Assembly: GCF_009914755.1 (NCBI RefSeq)
Contig: NC_060933.1
DNA length: 64,000 nucleotides
DNA from: the human T2T-CHM13v2.0 reference genome, Homo sapiens
Direction: 5' to 3' (one strand)
A model generated the notes under the pieces. The model was not told the origin of the DNA and searched no databases. It worked only from the letters and a program-made list of their open reading frames with translations. This document shows positions 13,321-27,541 of the stretch, in pieces (positions within the stretch are counted from its first letter, which is position 1; every line of letters begins with the position of its first letter). Both the position numbers and the translations under genes were made by a program.

Positions 13321-16300
13321 TTACAGAATAAGTCCAGTTATAAATAATATCATTTTAGGCCAGATTTCTTGGTCTCCCAATTTGTATTGAACCCAAATGG
13401 TGTTGCAATAGAAAAAGAGTTTCTTTCACTTTGTGCTGTCTGATTGGAATTTGTTCCAATTGCCTAAAAGGCATCCTAGCAGCGAGTCCCTTGGGATGCT
13501 TGGTTGTCGTCCCCATGTTTAGCAAGGATCTGTACTAGATGCAGAAACTTTTCTAAGTCTAGCGAGAGCCCACTTATTTTCCCTTTCAGATTCCCACCTC
13601 CCTTTTCCTCAAGAAAGGTCAGTAGGGGAATTTTCACCAATTCTTGCAAAGGGGGCATAAATACAGTTAGCAGGGCATGACAAAAGTGAATTTTGAGATA
13701 TGACTGGGCAGTGGAGTGGTGACTGCTTCTACCAGTAAGTGGACTATGACAAAAGAGGTGTTTTAACAAGGAAAATATAGAAGGAGAGGGTAATGGGATT
13801 CTCATAGTCTGAATTCTACAAAAAGCAAAGAAAGTGTTTACTGAAATGAGCAGTATGACAAAGGCAAACAACGTTAAAAGGGTGCCTACTGCCAAAAAAC
13901 CTGGAGCATTGGCCAACGAGGGTCCCTTTCCCAAATGCCAAAAACCCTGGGGCATGTGAGGGTTGGCCAACAGTGAACCACAAAGACCCAAGACCTAACA
14001 TAACTGGGGCCACAGAACAATGTGACTCTGGTGTTCCACAATCAGTACAATGCGAAAACCTCTCAAAATAAACAATTGTTCCCATAGCCAAAGCAAAGAC
14101 CACAAATGCGATAATGAAATTGGTGTAAAAGTAAAATGGCTGGCCGTTAGAGACGCAAAAGAGAAAGGTCTGAGAGAAAGAGCAACAAAAACATGCCAGT
14201 CATGCTCCCTTCTGGGCCACCTAAATGACAGGGGATAACAAATTATCAAGCCAGAGGTCCTGTTTCCACTTCCTCATTCACCCAGAAAGGTCGATATCAA
14301 TGGGGAACAAAAGAGAGACTCAGCCATCCGTGGAAGCCAGTTGGTGCCGATCAGTTTTAATTTGGGTTATGGGTGAAGATTTCCCTCAGGTTCCCTCAGC
14401 CTGTTAGTCACCAGGAAACATAATGGCTCTGAAAGGATGCTTTGGCTACTGCTGCACAGCTCCATAGCATTAAAGCCCTATAGACTTACAGCTCCCACCT
14501 GTAATGAGTCCTTGTCTTGTTTGTCTTGTTTGTATTGTTTGTTCCTTCATCCCTTCATGGTCACTAGGCTGATGCAGGTGTACCCCCAAATTGAGGCTTC
14601 ACCTGGGAAGGTTCTTGGCTTTTCTCAGGAAAGAATTCAAGAGTAAGCCAACAGGGAAAGAAAGCAAGTTTATTAGAGAAACAGTGTACACGTAAATGCC
14701 TGCGCCATAGACACAGCAGGGCTACCCTATAGTTAGAGTGGACCAGACTAGCACTTGTGAATTCCTGGTTAACTGTACTTATACCCACTCTTAATTGTAT
14801 GTTAAATAAAGGGCGAATTATTTACAAACTTTCTGGAAAAGGGACGACAAGTTCCAAGAACCATATAAGGCAACTTCTGGTTCATTACCATGGCATCATT
14901 TGTAAACTGTCAAAGCACTGGTGGGAGTGTCTTATGCAAATGTGTTATAGTTCCTAGTCCTGGCAGTTTTGGGTCAGTTTCTTTGCTACATCTTGTTTTA
15001 TCAGCAGGGTCATGACTGGTGCTTAGAGGACAAGTCCTGCTAATCTCCTACCTCAAAGTCCTGGCCATTTGGGGTTGATTATTCTAGGAACCATCGTTTG
15101 GCTTTCAAGACTGTCAATGGAGATAGTAGTCTGACTTTCCACAAGTCTGACTTATAGCAGGCTGGCTTCCTGGGCTGGTTGAGTTCCAGGGCAGGTTGTT
15201 ACAGGCTGTGGGTCAGAGTTCTCCTTTTATGTGTGGTCTGGTCATTTTTCATTTGTATATTCAATCTCTCAATACAACACAAAAAATGATTACAAGGGGC
15301 AATACAATACAGTACAGTAAACCTAGGTGTGAACAGTCCTCATTTATCACCTTTGGTCTCTCCAGACTACTGGATTCTGTTCTGGTCCAAGTATACATAC
15401 TCTTAAATTTAACACTGCAGAGCCAGAATAGGGTCAGTTTCCTGGTAGCCTCTGAGACTCATGGTAAGAAACCCTTAGGTCAGCTATACAGCTTATCCTT
15501 CAGTTCAAAAAGGAACATGGGCAGGAAATGAAAGGCAAACAGAAGTGACAACTGTTTTTTCTCCCAAACCACCTCATGGCCATCGTGTTTTATCTAGAAA
15601 CCTTAATGAAATTACTGTGTGAATCTTTGAAACTGCTTTTTATTACTCTCAGATTTAGGTGATTTAGGACTATATCACTCAAATAAAACTATTTGTGGAG
15701 CCATAGTGATAAGGTGCACAACTTGCTGAAGGGCTTGATGACAATAAATTCTGACAGTCAAATTGACCTTGGACAGGACGCCACATGCAGGTGCTTAGAA
15801 ACTTTCTGGGAATTGTGGAGGCACTGCTACATTCCATGTGTGGGAGTTTAGATTAGAAAAAAGCAAAAGGCACTTGAAGGTAAATGAACTAACAGTTCTG
15901 CTTTGGGTCTTCTTTGAACAGGAAGAGAGATTGATTGTCAACTACCAAACTTATTTTTGTACATACATTTAAAAATGTAGCACTTTGATGGCTCTCAACA
16001 AAGAGTAGTAAGCAAAAGTAATGAAACTTTGGCAGTGTTTTCTTACTACTAATTTAGAAACATTTCTATTTGCATTATCAGAGACCATATTGCTTTTTTT
16101 TCTCTGAGCTGTCTGAGATGTTGTACAAATCCCATGTCTCAAATAATTTCAAATGAGATTGAGAAAAACTAATTTCAACTCAGTCTAATAGAATAAGCAT
16201 TTGTTGATGTCATACCTTGTTCTCAGCACTGCCATCTTAAGTAATGTCAAAAGCTAACATTTCATTCTTGATCTTAATATAAATAGAGAAGTACAGATTA

Positions 16301-17688
16301 AAGAAAGTGAAAAGCTTCATAGGAACTACTAGAAAAATAAAAATAGAATATGTGCTTTTAAGAGTAATGAAAATACAATAGCAATTAAAGTCTGGTCTAT
16401 AAACAACAGAGAAATAAAAGGAAAGTGAGAAAACATTGAAAAACAAGAAAAAGATGTCATCAGACAAAAAATAAGTTATCACAACCAAAAGAAATGATTT
16501 GAACATTTTTTATAAGCAAAGATTAATTATACTCTCTCTCTATAAATGAAACCCATCCTAATAATCCTAGATGGCTTAGTATAAAAAGATAAGCCAAGAT
16601 GCACTGGAAAAACCACCAATAATCAAAATGTTGATGTTGCAATATTAATATCAAACAAGGATAATTCCAGGTCAAAATAATTAACATAGCACAAAGGATA
16701 TAATTTTATATTGATGGAAATAATAAAAATATTATCTTTTGGCAAAGATTACAAGACATAGGCTCATTCATGCTGTTGGAGGATATACACTAGTCAATTC
16801 TTGTCAGCCCTCCTCTTCTGCTATGTCAATCACAAGGGGGCCATCTGATAACATTTACCTCTTTTCCTAATCCATTTCCTGCTCATTAGGGATAGTTCCT
16901 GTACCTCAAGATGTTACTCATCATCTTCAAAAACAATTTTTAAACCCTACTTTCTGAAATATCATTTTGGTTTTCTATTGCTGCATTAAAAATCACCGCA
17001 AATGAAATGGCTTAAAACAACACCCATTTATTAGCTCACAATTCTATAGGACAGAATTCTGGAAAGGCTTAATTGGGTTCTCCCCTTCAGGGTCTCACAA
17101 GGCCAAAATCCAGCTTGGGATGTCTTATTGTTACTATCTGCAGTGGGTATCTATTATTTTTGCCTGTCAGGCACACTTTCCCTTACTTTGGAAGTAGCAA
17201 CCTATTTTTCCCTTTAGTCCAATTCCATACTTTCAGTCCAGATTGTTTAGAAGGGATGGGCATCATCCTTCAAGTCTAACCTCATGACACAGACCCAGCT
17301 GGAGAAAGTACAACATTACCTCTGGGCCTGACTCTAGTGACATTTTCAGAGTAGATTGCATGAGTCAAGTCAGGTCAACGAGTGACCAAGACTTTTGCTA
17401 GAGCTTGAAGGAAGAGGAATGCTTCATGTTGTGGGGAGTTAGGGAATAATGTAAGTCAATGGCCATCTTGGAGAGGGCTTGGTTGAGAATAAGCCAACCC
17501 AAAAAGTAAAGCAGAACCAAGAAATAGAGAGACAGTATCCCAAAGACATTATTAAGCCCTGGGATTCAGATGTGCTTAAACCAGACGTACCCCTGGAATT
17601 CCCAGTTATGTAAATCAAAAAATTCCTCTTTTTGACCTAATTAGTTTAACTTTCTGTCATTTGTCATCAAGAGTATACTAGCTCAATG

Positions 17689-17812
17689 CTAGGCATAGTG
17701 GTTTGAGCCTGCAGTCCCGGCTAGTGGAAAGGCTGAGGCAGGAAGATCACTTGAGCCCAGGAGTTCAAGTGCAGCCTCGGCAACATAGCAAGACTCCATC
17801 TCTTAAAAAAAC
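17689..17812 (+). mobile_element. FLAM-like Alu monomer
   Basis: Degenerate single Alu arm with A tail. Confidence 0.75.
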
Positions 17813-18395
17813 AAAGCTGAATCACTACTATTATAGAAACTTTAACTGGAAATTATCATTTTACTTGGAAACTCTCTGGACCTCATTTATATTAAAGCAA
17901 TTAGATGACTACTTAAAATTCAACCCAAAAAGCAGGGAAAATTTCACTTCCTTTTGTACTTTTTTCTTTTTCAGACAAGGTCAAGAAATTTTCCAGCTTC
18001 TTCCCTGAACCTTCCATTACCCCCAGATTGGTGACTAGGTGTCCTCATCCTAGAACAGCCTCTGTTCTACGCAACAACCCAGAACTGCCTGCTCACACCT
18101 GACCCTCTGGGGGAAGCCTCTCAGTCAGTTCATTACCAGCCTGCTCACCACATGGTTGGTGGCAGGGCTTGTCAGGGATATGGGCAAATTTCCATCACCC
18201 TCAGAGTAGAAAAGACGCCCTGCCCCACCCCCCTGATTTTCTCTGAGCTTTTTCCCTGAGAGATGAGATTCCTTCAACCAGATTAAAGGCCACAGAGAAC
18301 AAAGAAAACCACAAGGATACGGAGTTTAATTTCAAGTACCACTCCTTTCATAAGAACTCTTAACTGGTAGCTAAATTGTTTCATTCTTGCTGCTA

Positions 18396-18681
<286 letters not shown>

Positions 18682-20682
18682 TTATGAAAATGGATATTCG
18701 GTCTTTGAATAATTAAGGATATCCAACTTATAGGATATTTTAAAAGTCCCTAAGCCACCTTTATGCTAGACTATGTCATTACTGATCTTGGGCATTAAAA
18801 TTTATCATAATAATTATGAATAACTCTGTCAAGGTATTTCACTTATTGGCTGGATTAGATATTAAAATGAAGGAAATGTTGAATTATAGTATACATTGAA
18901 TATTTAATAAATTAATCCCCCATGCTGACAGTAGGAGTTCCAGAAATAATGCCTATTGCATGTTAGCACTTAATCAATGCTAGTTAGTGATAATGGCTTA
19001 AGGACAAGTAGATGCCAAATTGATTCACAGTCCAAATTAGAAGCACAGAGGAATCATACTCAAGGTTAAAATCATTCTAAAAAAGACTGTTGGTAGTTAC
19101 AGTTACAGGAAAGGAAAGAAGATTGAAGTTTTGCTGAAGTTGATTCCTTTGAGAGTTGTGAGACATAAACTTATTCATATAAATTTTGGCTCTGGTTTCT
19201 AGATCTGATTATTTTTCTTTCATTTGATTTGTACCTGGGTTTTCAACAATAGATTCTGACTCCAAAATCCATACTACTTCTCAAAGTTGGAAGAAGAGAG
19301 GAAGGAAACAGAGAGACAGAGAGGAGGAGGAGAGGGAGAAATAGGGGAAGAAAGAAGAAAAGGAGTAGGACATGGAAAAGTAAGGGATGAGGGGGAAAGT
19401 GGGAAAAAGCAAAAGAAGAAGAGAGAGGAAGAGGGGAAAGAAAATAGGGATGGGGGGAGCTGGAGATGGGGAGGTCTGGTTCCTCACCAGCCCCAGTGTG
19501 TCCCCCAATCCCCCCTTTTCTGAGCAAGAACCTCTTATTCATTTTGACGTAGCAGGTGGACTCCAACTTTTTGTAAAGAATACTCAAAAGGAAAACCACA
19601 GATGTATATGTGAGTAACAGGAAGTCCCTATTCCTGGAGTAGTAAAAAAAAAAAAACTATACAATCCTTGATTAGGACATCACTGCTTAGTTTTTAGTTT
19701 CTGAGTGCTATACAATTTAAACAGGAGTTTTTAATATATTTAAACTGTATTTGACATAGAGATAGTACAAATTAGTTTTCTTAAGCAATGTTAAATTCTT
19801 GTCTCTCAGCATAATTAAAAGACATTTGATAGAGAGAAGTAATTTTAATGGTGGGGGAAAACATGCTACTGGAGACTTTAGGAGATCCTGAGTAGGGGCT
19901 TTTCCAGGAATTGAGCACAGATCAAGACAGGAAGGGAAAGGAGATGGCAAAGAGGTTTGCCCCCACAGACGTTTGCATCTGGTTGGTTTACATCTGTTTT
20001 AGGTTTGCTGCCCTGTTCAGTTCTTGGCAATCTCTTCAGGAATCTGATAAAGCTAATAAGGAAATTTATTAGCATAAGCTCACTTCCTGAGTTGGCCTGC
20101 CTACACTTATCTTACAGAAAAGTCCCAATTCCTCCCCAACCTGAGCCCTAGTTTTCTCACCATAGGGATATTACAGCACGAAGGGATTAATATAAATAGA
20201 AGGCATTGCTTTAAGCTCTATACTTCAGTGGTTTGATAAAGTTTGAGGAAAACAGGGATAACTCAAGTATGTTGAGGATCAGTGATTTCACATTTAAAAA
20301 GTATAAAACTTACTTATAGTCTTGAAGAGAAAGGATTCTATAGGAATGCAAATTTATCGTTATCGCTGGTACCATATCCAAATTTCTTGCCTACATTTTT
20401 CTGATCCAGGCTATTAAATTTCATATTAAACTAGAATAAAAAAGATATTCATTAAAAAGAGCTTGTAAACAGATAAAGGTTGAAAACAGTGAGTATAGGA
20501 AACTCCACACAAAAAAACCCACCACATTTTAGGATATTTTTACAAATGATAAAGACAAAGTCAGGATGTAATAATACTAGCAGCAGAAGTTTAAATTTAA
20601 GTGAGGACTGAGCATCTATTAGGCACTGTTCTACCTGCTTTCAATGTATTTATTATCTTATGTAATTCTAATAAGAACCGTT

Positions 20683-21039
<357 letters not shown>

Positions 21040-22777
21040 TTATTGATAAAGAATCAAGAAACCAAAATTCTACAGTATGTATTGGTGTATACAAAGAGGA
21101 TGGAATGCACATAAACTCGAGGATATCACAGAATTAGTATCCTAAATCCTAGGACAAGGATGTTGAAAAGTATTTAGTAGACACAGAAGACAATGAAGTT
21201 TATAAATTTGATACAAACAGGAAAGTGAGTATAACAAAAAGCATATTCACAAACTCTAATAGGTGGTTGGCTTGGCTTAAGGAACTCTAAAATAACCAGC
21301 TATGTTTGTTTTGCATGTTTTCTTAACTTATTGCTCCTTGGTGTGCTGAAAAGCTTTTAAATCTCTGTGGTACTTATGCACTGTGGAAAGAGCTTGGCCT
21401 TGGGCAGCTTCCATCTTTGAGAGAAATTGTCTGCAGAGATCTGACATATTGGTTTCACATATATTATGTTACCGCCACTCTAAACGTAAGTAAAATGAAC
21501 ACATGAACAGATGACAGCAATGATGATAATATTTTTGGAACAACAGCAATATTCTGTGCTTTGATTGGACAGAATTGAGCTTGACATGGATCATATTTCC
21601 CCTTTTAAAGTTAACTTATGTTTTTCTTTTCATTCTGCCTAGAAGAAAGCAGCTAAAATAGCAGTCAGCACTCTCCTAGCATTTGGCTGGTGATGGTGGA
21701 CTGTTTATTTGGTTTTAAGAAATATATTTTAACTGTGGCTGTCAGTAAAATAGAGACCTTAGCATACCACAGGCACCCACACTATGAACCACAGACCACG
21801 GAAAAGCACTTAGTAGTTATATGTAATCAAATTTGTGCCATCTGATACAGAAGAGTGCCTCACTATTTATGGGAGCACTATAACACATCTTTTATAAACC
21901 GAGAATCTATTTGTAGTGTGAATGGTCTCTTACTCTGTTTTAAAGTTTGATTTTTTTGTGTAGATGTGGTCTTCCTCAAGTAAGGCACTTTTGGAAAGTA
22001 AACCTAAGGTAATCAAACATAATGAACATTCATTCATTCATTCAACAATGAAGATATCTGTATTAAGGACTATGCTGGGTAAGTGATTGCAAGGAGGAAG
22101 TGCTTTAATGCCCCTCAGGTACTCGACTAAGGCCAGGGAGGAGAGAAGAATTCTGATGTGTTACATATTCTTTTCCTGCAAAGTCAAAAATGAAACAAAC
22201 GTCTTTTCTTCTGTAACATATCTATCCAATAACTTCTTGAAGGCAATGTTTTCTTCTGTAACACAGCTATCCAATAACTTCAAAAGGCAATCTTTTTAAA
22301 ATCTCCTTCCCACATATAACACACAGCACAAAAATGTGATGAATTTGTGTTGTCACGAAATATCAAAAATGTCAATGAGGAGAACTTGACAAGTCCCGGG
22401 GATCTGAATGCCCGGAGTCCTAAACTGTACCTAGAGTCTTGCAGCGTCATAGCCAGAAGGGACTTGCGATTCTTGTGCCCACTCCACTCTACGGTCCCGT
22501 TCCCTCTTTCGTTTTTCAGAGGAAGAAACTAGTGTTCAGAAAGGTAGGGGAAGGATCTGAAACTGGAGCTAGGCTTTTTGATCTTCAAACTTTTTAGGTG
22601 ATTTGCTGGATGAGTCTGCTCCTCCTCTTTTGCAGGCAGGAAAGCTGTATAGAATGACAAACTTTGGGTTTCAGGGGATGTTCTCTCGTTCTCTTTTAGT
22701 TAAACTTATTATAAATAACTCGTAAGCAGAAGGTGTGGTGGCAATGGATGATGGACGGTAAAAAGAACTTCCCCAAA

Positions 22778-23720
<943 letters not shown>

Positions 23721-25637
23721 GGAACAGGAAAGGAAAGGAGAGTCAGAGAGAGGGGACAGGAGTGGAGACGACAGAGGAAACGGAAAAAAGAATGAGAAAA
23801 GTGGGGGAGAAATGTAGAGAAAGAAGGAAATGAGAAGAAAGGTGAGAAAAAGATGAGACGAGAGAGGAATGGGAAGGAGGAAAAGAGAGAAAAGAAAGAA
23901 AAGGGAAAGAAATATTTTCAAAGGAGAAATAGAGAGAGTGGGAGAGAGGGTTGGAGCAGAGAGGAGGAAATAGGAGAGCCTTTCAGGGGCAGCTCCCAGC
24001 CACACACTGGGCCACGCAGCAGCCAAATCCCCGCCACCTGAGGTTTTAGCTCATTCACACAGAGCGGGTGTGTATAAATAGGGGGTGAAAAGGGGGTGCT
24101 GTCAGAGGCCTGGAAATCACATTTCTGACACAGGCACTTACTCATAAAAGGAATTAGAGGCCAGGGGCACAGCAGGAGGGAGATGCCTATTTAGAGGACC
24201 AGCCTCCAGGGCTGCCACTTCCTGGGGGTAGGGTGTACATGGAGTGATTTGAACGAGGCCCCTCATATTTTCTAGGCTACATACAAGAACTTTTCTGGCC
24301 AGAGACTGCAAACTGGCATCTCCCACTGGTTAAGGCCAACAGACATTGTTTGGCATGAGCTCTGTTTACTTTTTTTTTTTTCATTTTAATTAGTTGGCCA
24401 CATTTAAAACTAGGAGATTCACAGTAAATCCAGGGTTGTATCTTTGAAAATTTGAAAGTCTTGGCCAGAGAGGATTTTATTTCTCTGGGGAACTATGAAT
24501 GTACCAGAGCTGAGCACTGGCTACACCTTAAGATGGGTGTTGTTCTGTCTTTAGGAACTTCCCTCGTGTAAGTTCTTGCTTGGCCCCAAGAAGCATTTGG
24601 TTTACTTCTTGTGCTTTAGAACTTGACCTGGAAATTCACTTTCTCTTATTAAATATCACAGTGACCAATAGCAACACTGTGATGTATAACTGGAAGAAAA
24701 GTGGAAACTTTTAGGACTTTTCAAATTCTTTCCCTTGAATTAACTTTCCTGGCTCTGCTGTTGATAGTAATTACATTTGGAGTGGTTGGAATATTTGGGA
24801 GGGGCGTGAAGAAAAAAAAGAAATGAAAAGAAGTCACAAATCTTGTCTACTTTATGTTTTTGCTTTTGAAAGAAATGAGTGATTTTGACTCTAGCCCTAA
24901 GGCTAAGCCCGACTTCATCCCATTCATTCATGTAATATATGCGACCCCTGCAGTTTCTGTCTTGCAAACTTTCTAAAGCCTATTCCCTGCTTTCCAACAA
25001 GTTTACCTTTCTGCTTTTACTTCTCAACCCTGAAACTGTCTCTCTTCCTCCTTTGAACTCAGTATGAGAAGTTATACAGATTTGGAATCCAAAACTACAC
25101 TGGGAAACAGAACATCCTCTTTTAGCCTCATATAGGGCTTACCTCATAGCTCTCAAGCAAAACACTTAGCTCTTCTGTGACTCTGTTACCCCACAGAGAT
25201 TTGAGTCATACCATAAATCACCACTAGAAGTTATTGTTAAAGAGAAAGACTTTTTGCAAAGGGACAGTGCTTCTGCTCTCTGCTGCACCACTATTACTTT
25301 GAAAATTGCATTGTGAAAGTTACAGACATCAATAGCAAAACCACAGAAGAACACAAATGAGAAGAAGGTGAGGAACCTGGTGAGGAGAGAAGGATAGTGG
25401 AACGCTGTAAGTCATTCCAGCCGCTGCTGAAAATATAGCGGGACCTCATGCGTTGGTTTTAGAAGGAAGGCTGGGGAACAGGAAGACTTAAATTCAACCC
25501 AACATACATTTGTGTGTCATGCACTTTGCTACATGTTGGGTACATAGAGGTAGAGAAACAGATTCAATGAGATAAATTTTATAAAGCATTTAGCATCATT
25601 CTAGGAAAATCATAAGTTGTCAATAATATAGGGTAGC

Positions 25638-26018
25638 TGTATGAGTACATTTTCATACAGCTATAAATAAATACTGGAGACTGGGTAATTTATAAAGGAA
25701 AGAGGTTTAATTGACTTACAGTTCAGCAGGTCTTGGGAGGCCTCAGGAAACTTACAACCATGGTGGAAGGCAAAGGCAAAGCAAGCACCTTCTTCACAAG
25801 GCAGCAGGAGAGAGAAGGGTGAAGGAGGAACTTCGAAACGCTGATAAAACCATCAAATCTTTTGAGAACTCACTCACTATCATGATAGCATGGGGACAAC
25901 TGCTCTCATGATCCAATCACCTACCTCCCTTGACACATGGGGACTACAGGTCCCTCCCGATGTGGGGATTACAAATCAAGATGAGATTTGGGTGGGGACA
26001 CAGAGTCAAACCGTATCA
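25638..26018 (-). mobile_element. MaLR solo LTR (THE1/MST type)
   Basis: Typical gactgggtaatttataaaggaaagaggtttaattgac core; 5-bp TSD GTAGC. Confidence 0.9.
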
Positions 26019-26245
26019 GTAGCTAACACTATTGATTTAGCATAGCATAATGGTTAAAACTCGGGCTCTAGGTTTGAAAACTAACTCTCTTGCTGTGTGT
26101 TGCGGCAAGTGACTTGACTGCTCTGGGCCTGTTTCTGCAACTGTAAAATGGGGATGATAGGATTATTATAAGATTACATGAGGTATGATATGTAAAACAC
26201 CCTTTAACACATGGCCTGCCACATATTAAGAACAGTAGAAGTTAG

Positions 26246-26660
26246 TTTCGCTCACGTGCATTTGAAGAGACCACCAAACAGGCTCTGTGTGAGCAACAAG
26301 GCTGTTTATTTCACCTGGGTGCAGGCGGGCTGAGTCTGAAAAGAGAGTCAGTGAAGGGAGATAAGGGTGGGGCCGTTTTATAGGATTTGGATAGATAAAG
26401 GAAAATTACAGTCAAATGGGATTTGTTCTCTGGCGGGCAGGAGTGGGGGTCACAAGATGCTCAGTGGTGGAGCTTTTTGAGCCAGGATGAGCCAGGAGAA
26501 GGAATTTCACAAGATAATCTCATCAGTTAAGGCAGGAACAGGCCATTTTCACTTCTTTTGTGGTGGAATGTCATCAGTTAAGGCAGGAACTGGCCATCTA
26601 GATGTGTACGTGCAGGTCACCGGGGATATGATGGCTTAGTTTGGGCTCAGAGGCCTGACA
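26246..26660 (-). mobile_element. Solo LTR7 (HERV-H LTR)
   Basis: Minus strand reads TGTCAGGCCTCTGAGCCCAA...CCTGCCTTAACTGATGAC (duplicated block)...TATAAAA...AATAAA...; perfect 5-bp TSD GTTAG (26241-26245, 26661-26665). Confidence 0.93.
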
Positions 26661-26927
26661 GTTAGTTATATGTATTAGGACATGGCCATTGACCTCAAGG
26701 AGCTCCATAGGGCAGAAAAGGAGAATAATATCAATAAATTCAGTATCATCTGATTTTTGCAAAAAAGAAATGATTATAAGAAGCAGAGGTAATGGTGTGG
26801 TGGGGAGGTTGGTTCCTGAGCAGGGTTTTGAACTAAGGATAGGGACAAAAAAGAACAGGCAAGTGCAGTGGAATAGTAAAGAACAGCCCCACAGGAAACA
26901 GAATTCTTTTTCAATAGTTGACAAATA

Positions 26928-27541
26928 CAGTTGATCCTTATTATTTCCGGATTCTGTGTTTGTAAATTCACCCACTTGCTACGATTTATTTGTAAGTCAA
27001 AATTAATACTTGATGCACTTTTGTGGTCATTTGTAGACATTCTCAGAGCGGCAAAAAAGGCAAAAAAATTTGAGTTGCCCTACGTGCATGTTCCCAACTG
27101 AGGTCAAACAAAGCAAGCAACGCTCTGCCTTTTTGTTTCAGCTCTCATACTGTAAACAAGTATCCTTTTCATGTTCTATTTAATGCTTTTTTTTTTTTTT
27201 GCATTTCGTGCTTTTTGTTTGCTATATGGTAAAATGGCCCCTAAGCATCATGCTAAGCACAAGAAGACTGTGACACACCTTACAGAGGAAATGCATGCAT
27301 TAGAAAGCTTCATTCAGGTTTAAATTATAGTGTAGTTGGCAGTGATTTCAATGTTAATGAATCAACAATACACGTTATGTAAGGTGTTTTTAAACTGAAA
27401 CACACATAATACAAGGTTATGTCTTGACTGACAAAAATATTGTGACCAGAGGCTCACAGAAACCTAACCTTGTATTTCTGTATTTGCTAATTGAGTGTTT
27501 GAGGCAAGTTTATAGAATATAAAGATAGCAAGAATTGACTG
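26928..27541. mobile_element. TcMar-Tigger non-autonomous element (MER82-like)
   Basis: CAGT... terminal inverted repeats after TA; homologous to the copy at 60823-61457. Confidence 0.75.

Noticed and set aside
19243-19617. Hydrophobic or charged low-complexity ORFs
   Set aside because: Artefacts of a GA-rich tract.
20346-20353. Isolated octamer ATGCAAAT
   Set aside because: Several such 8-mers are expected by chance in AT-rich DNA; no adjacent SOX site.
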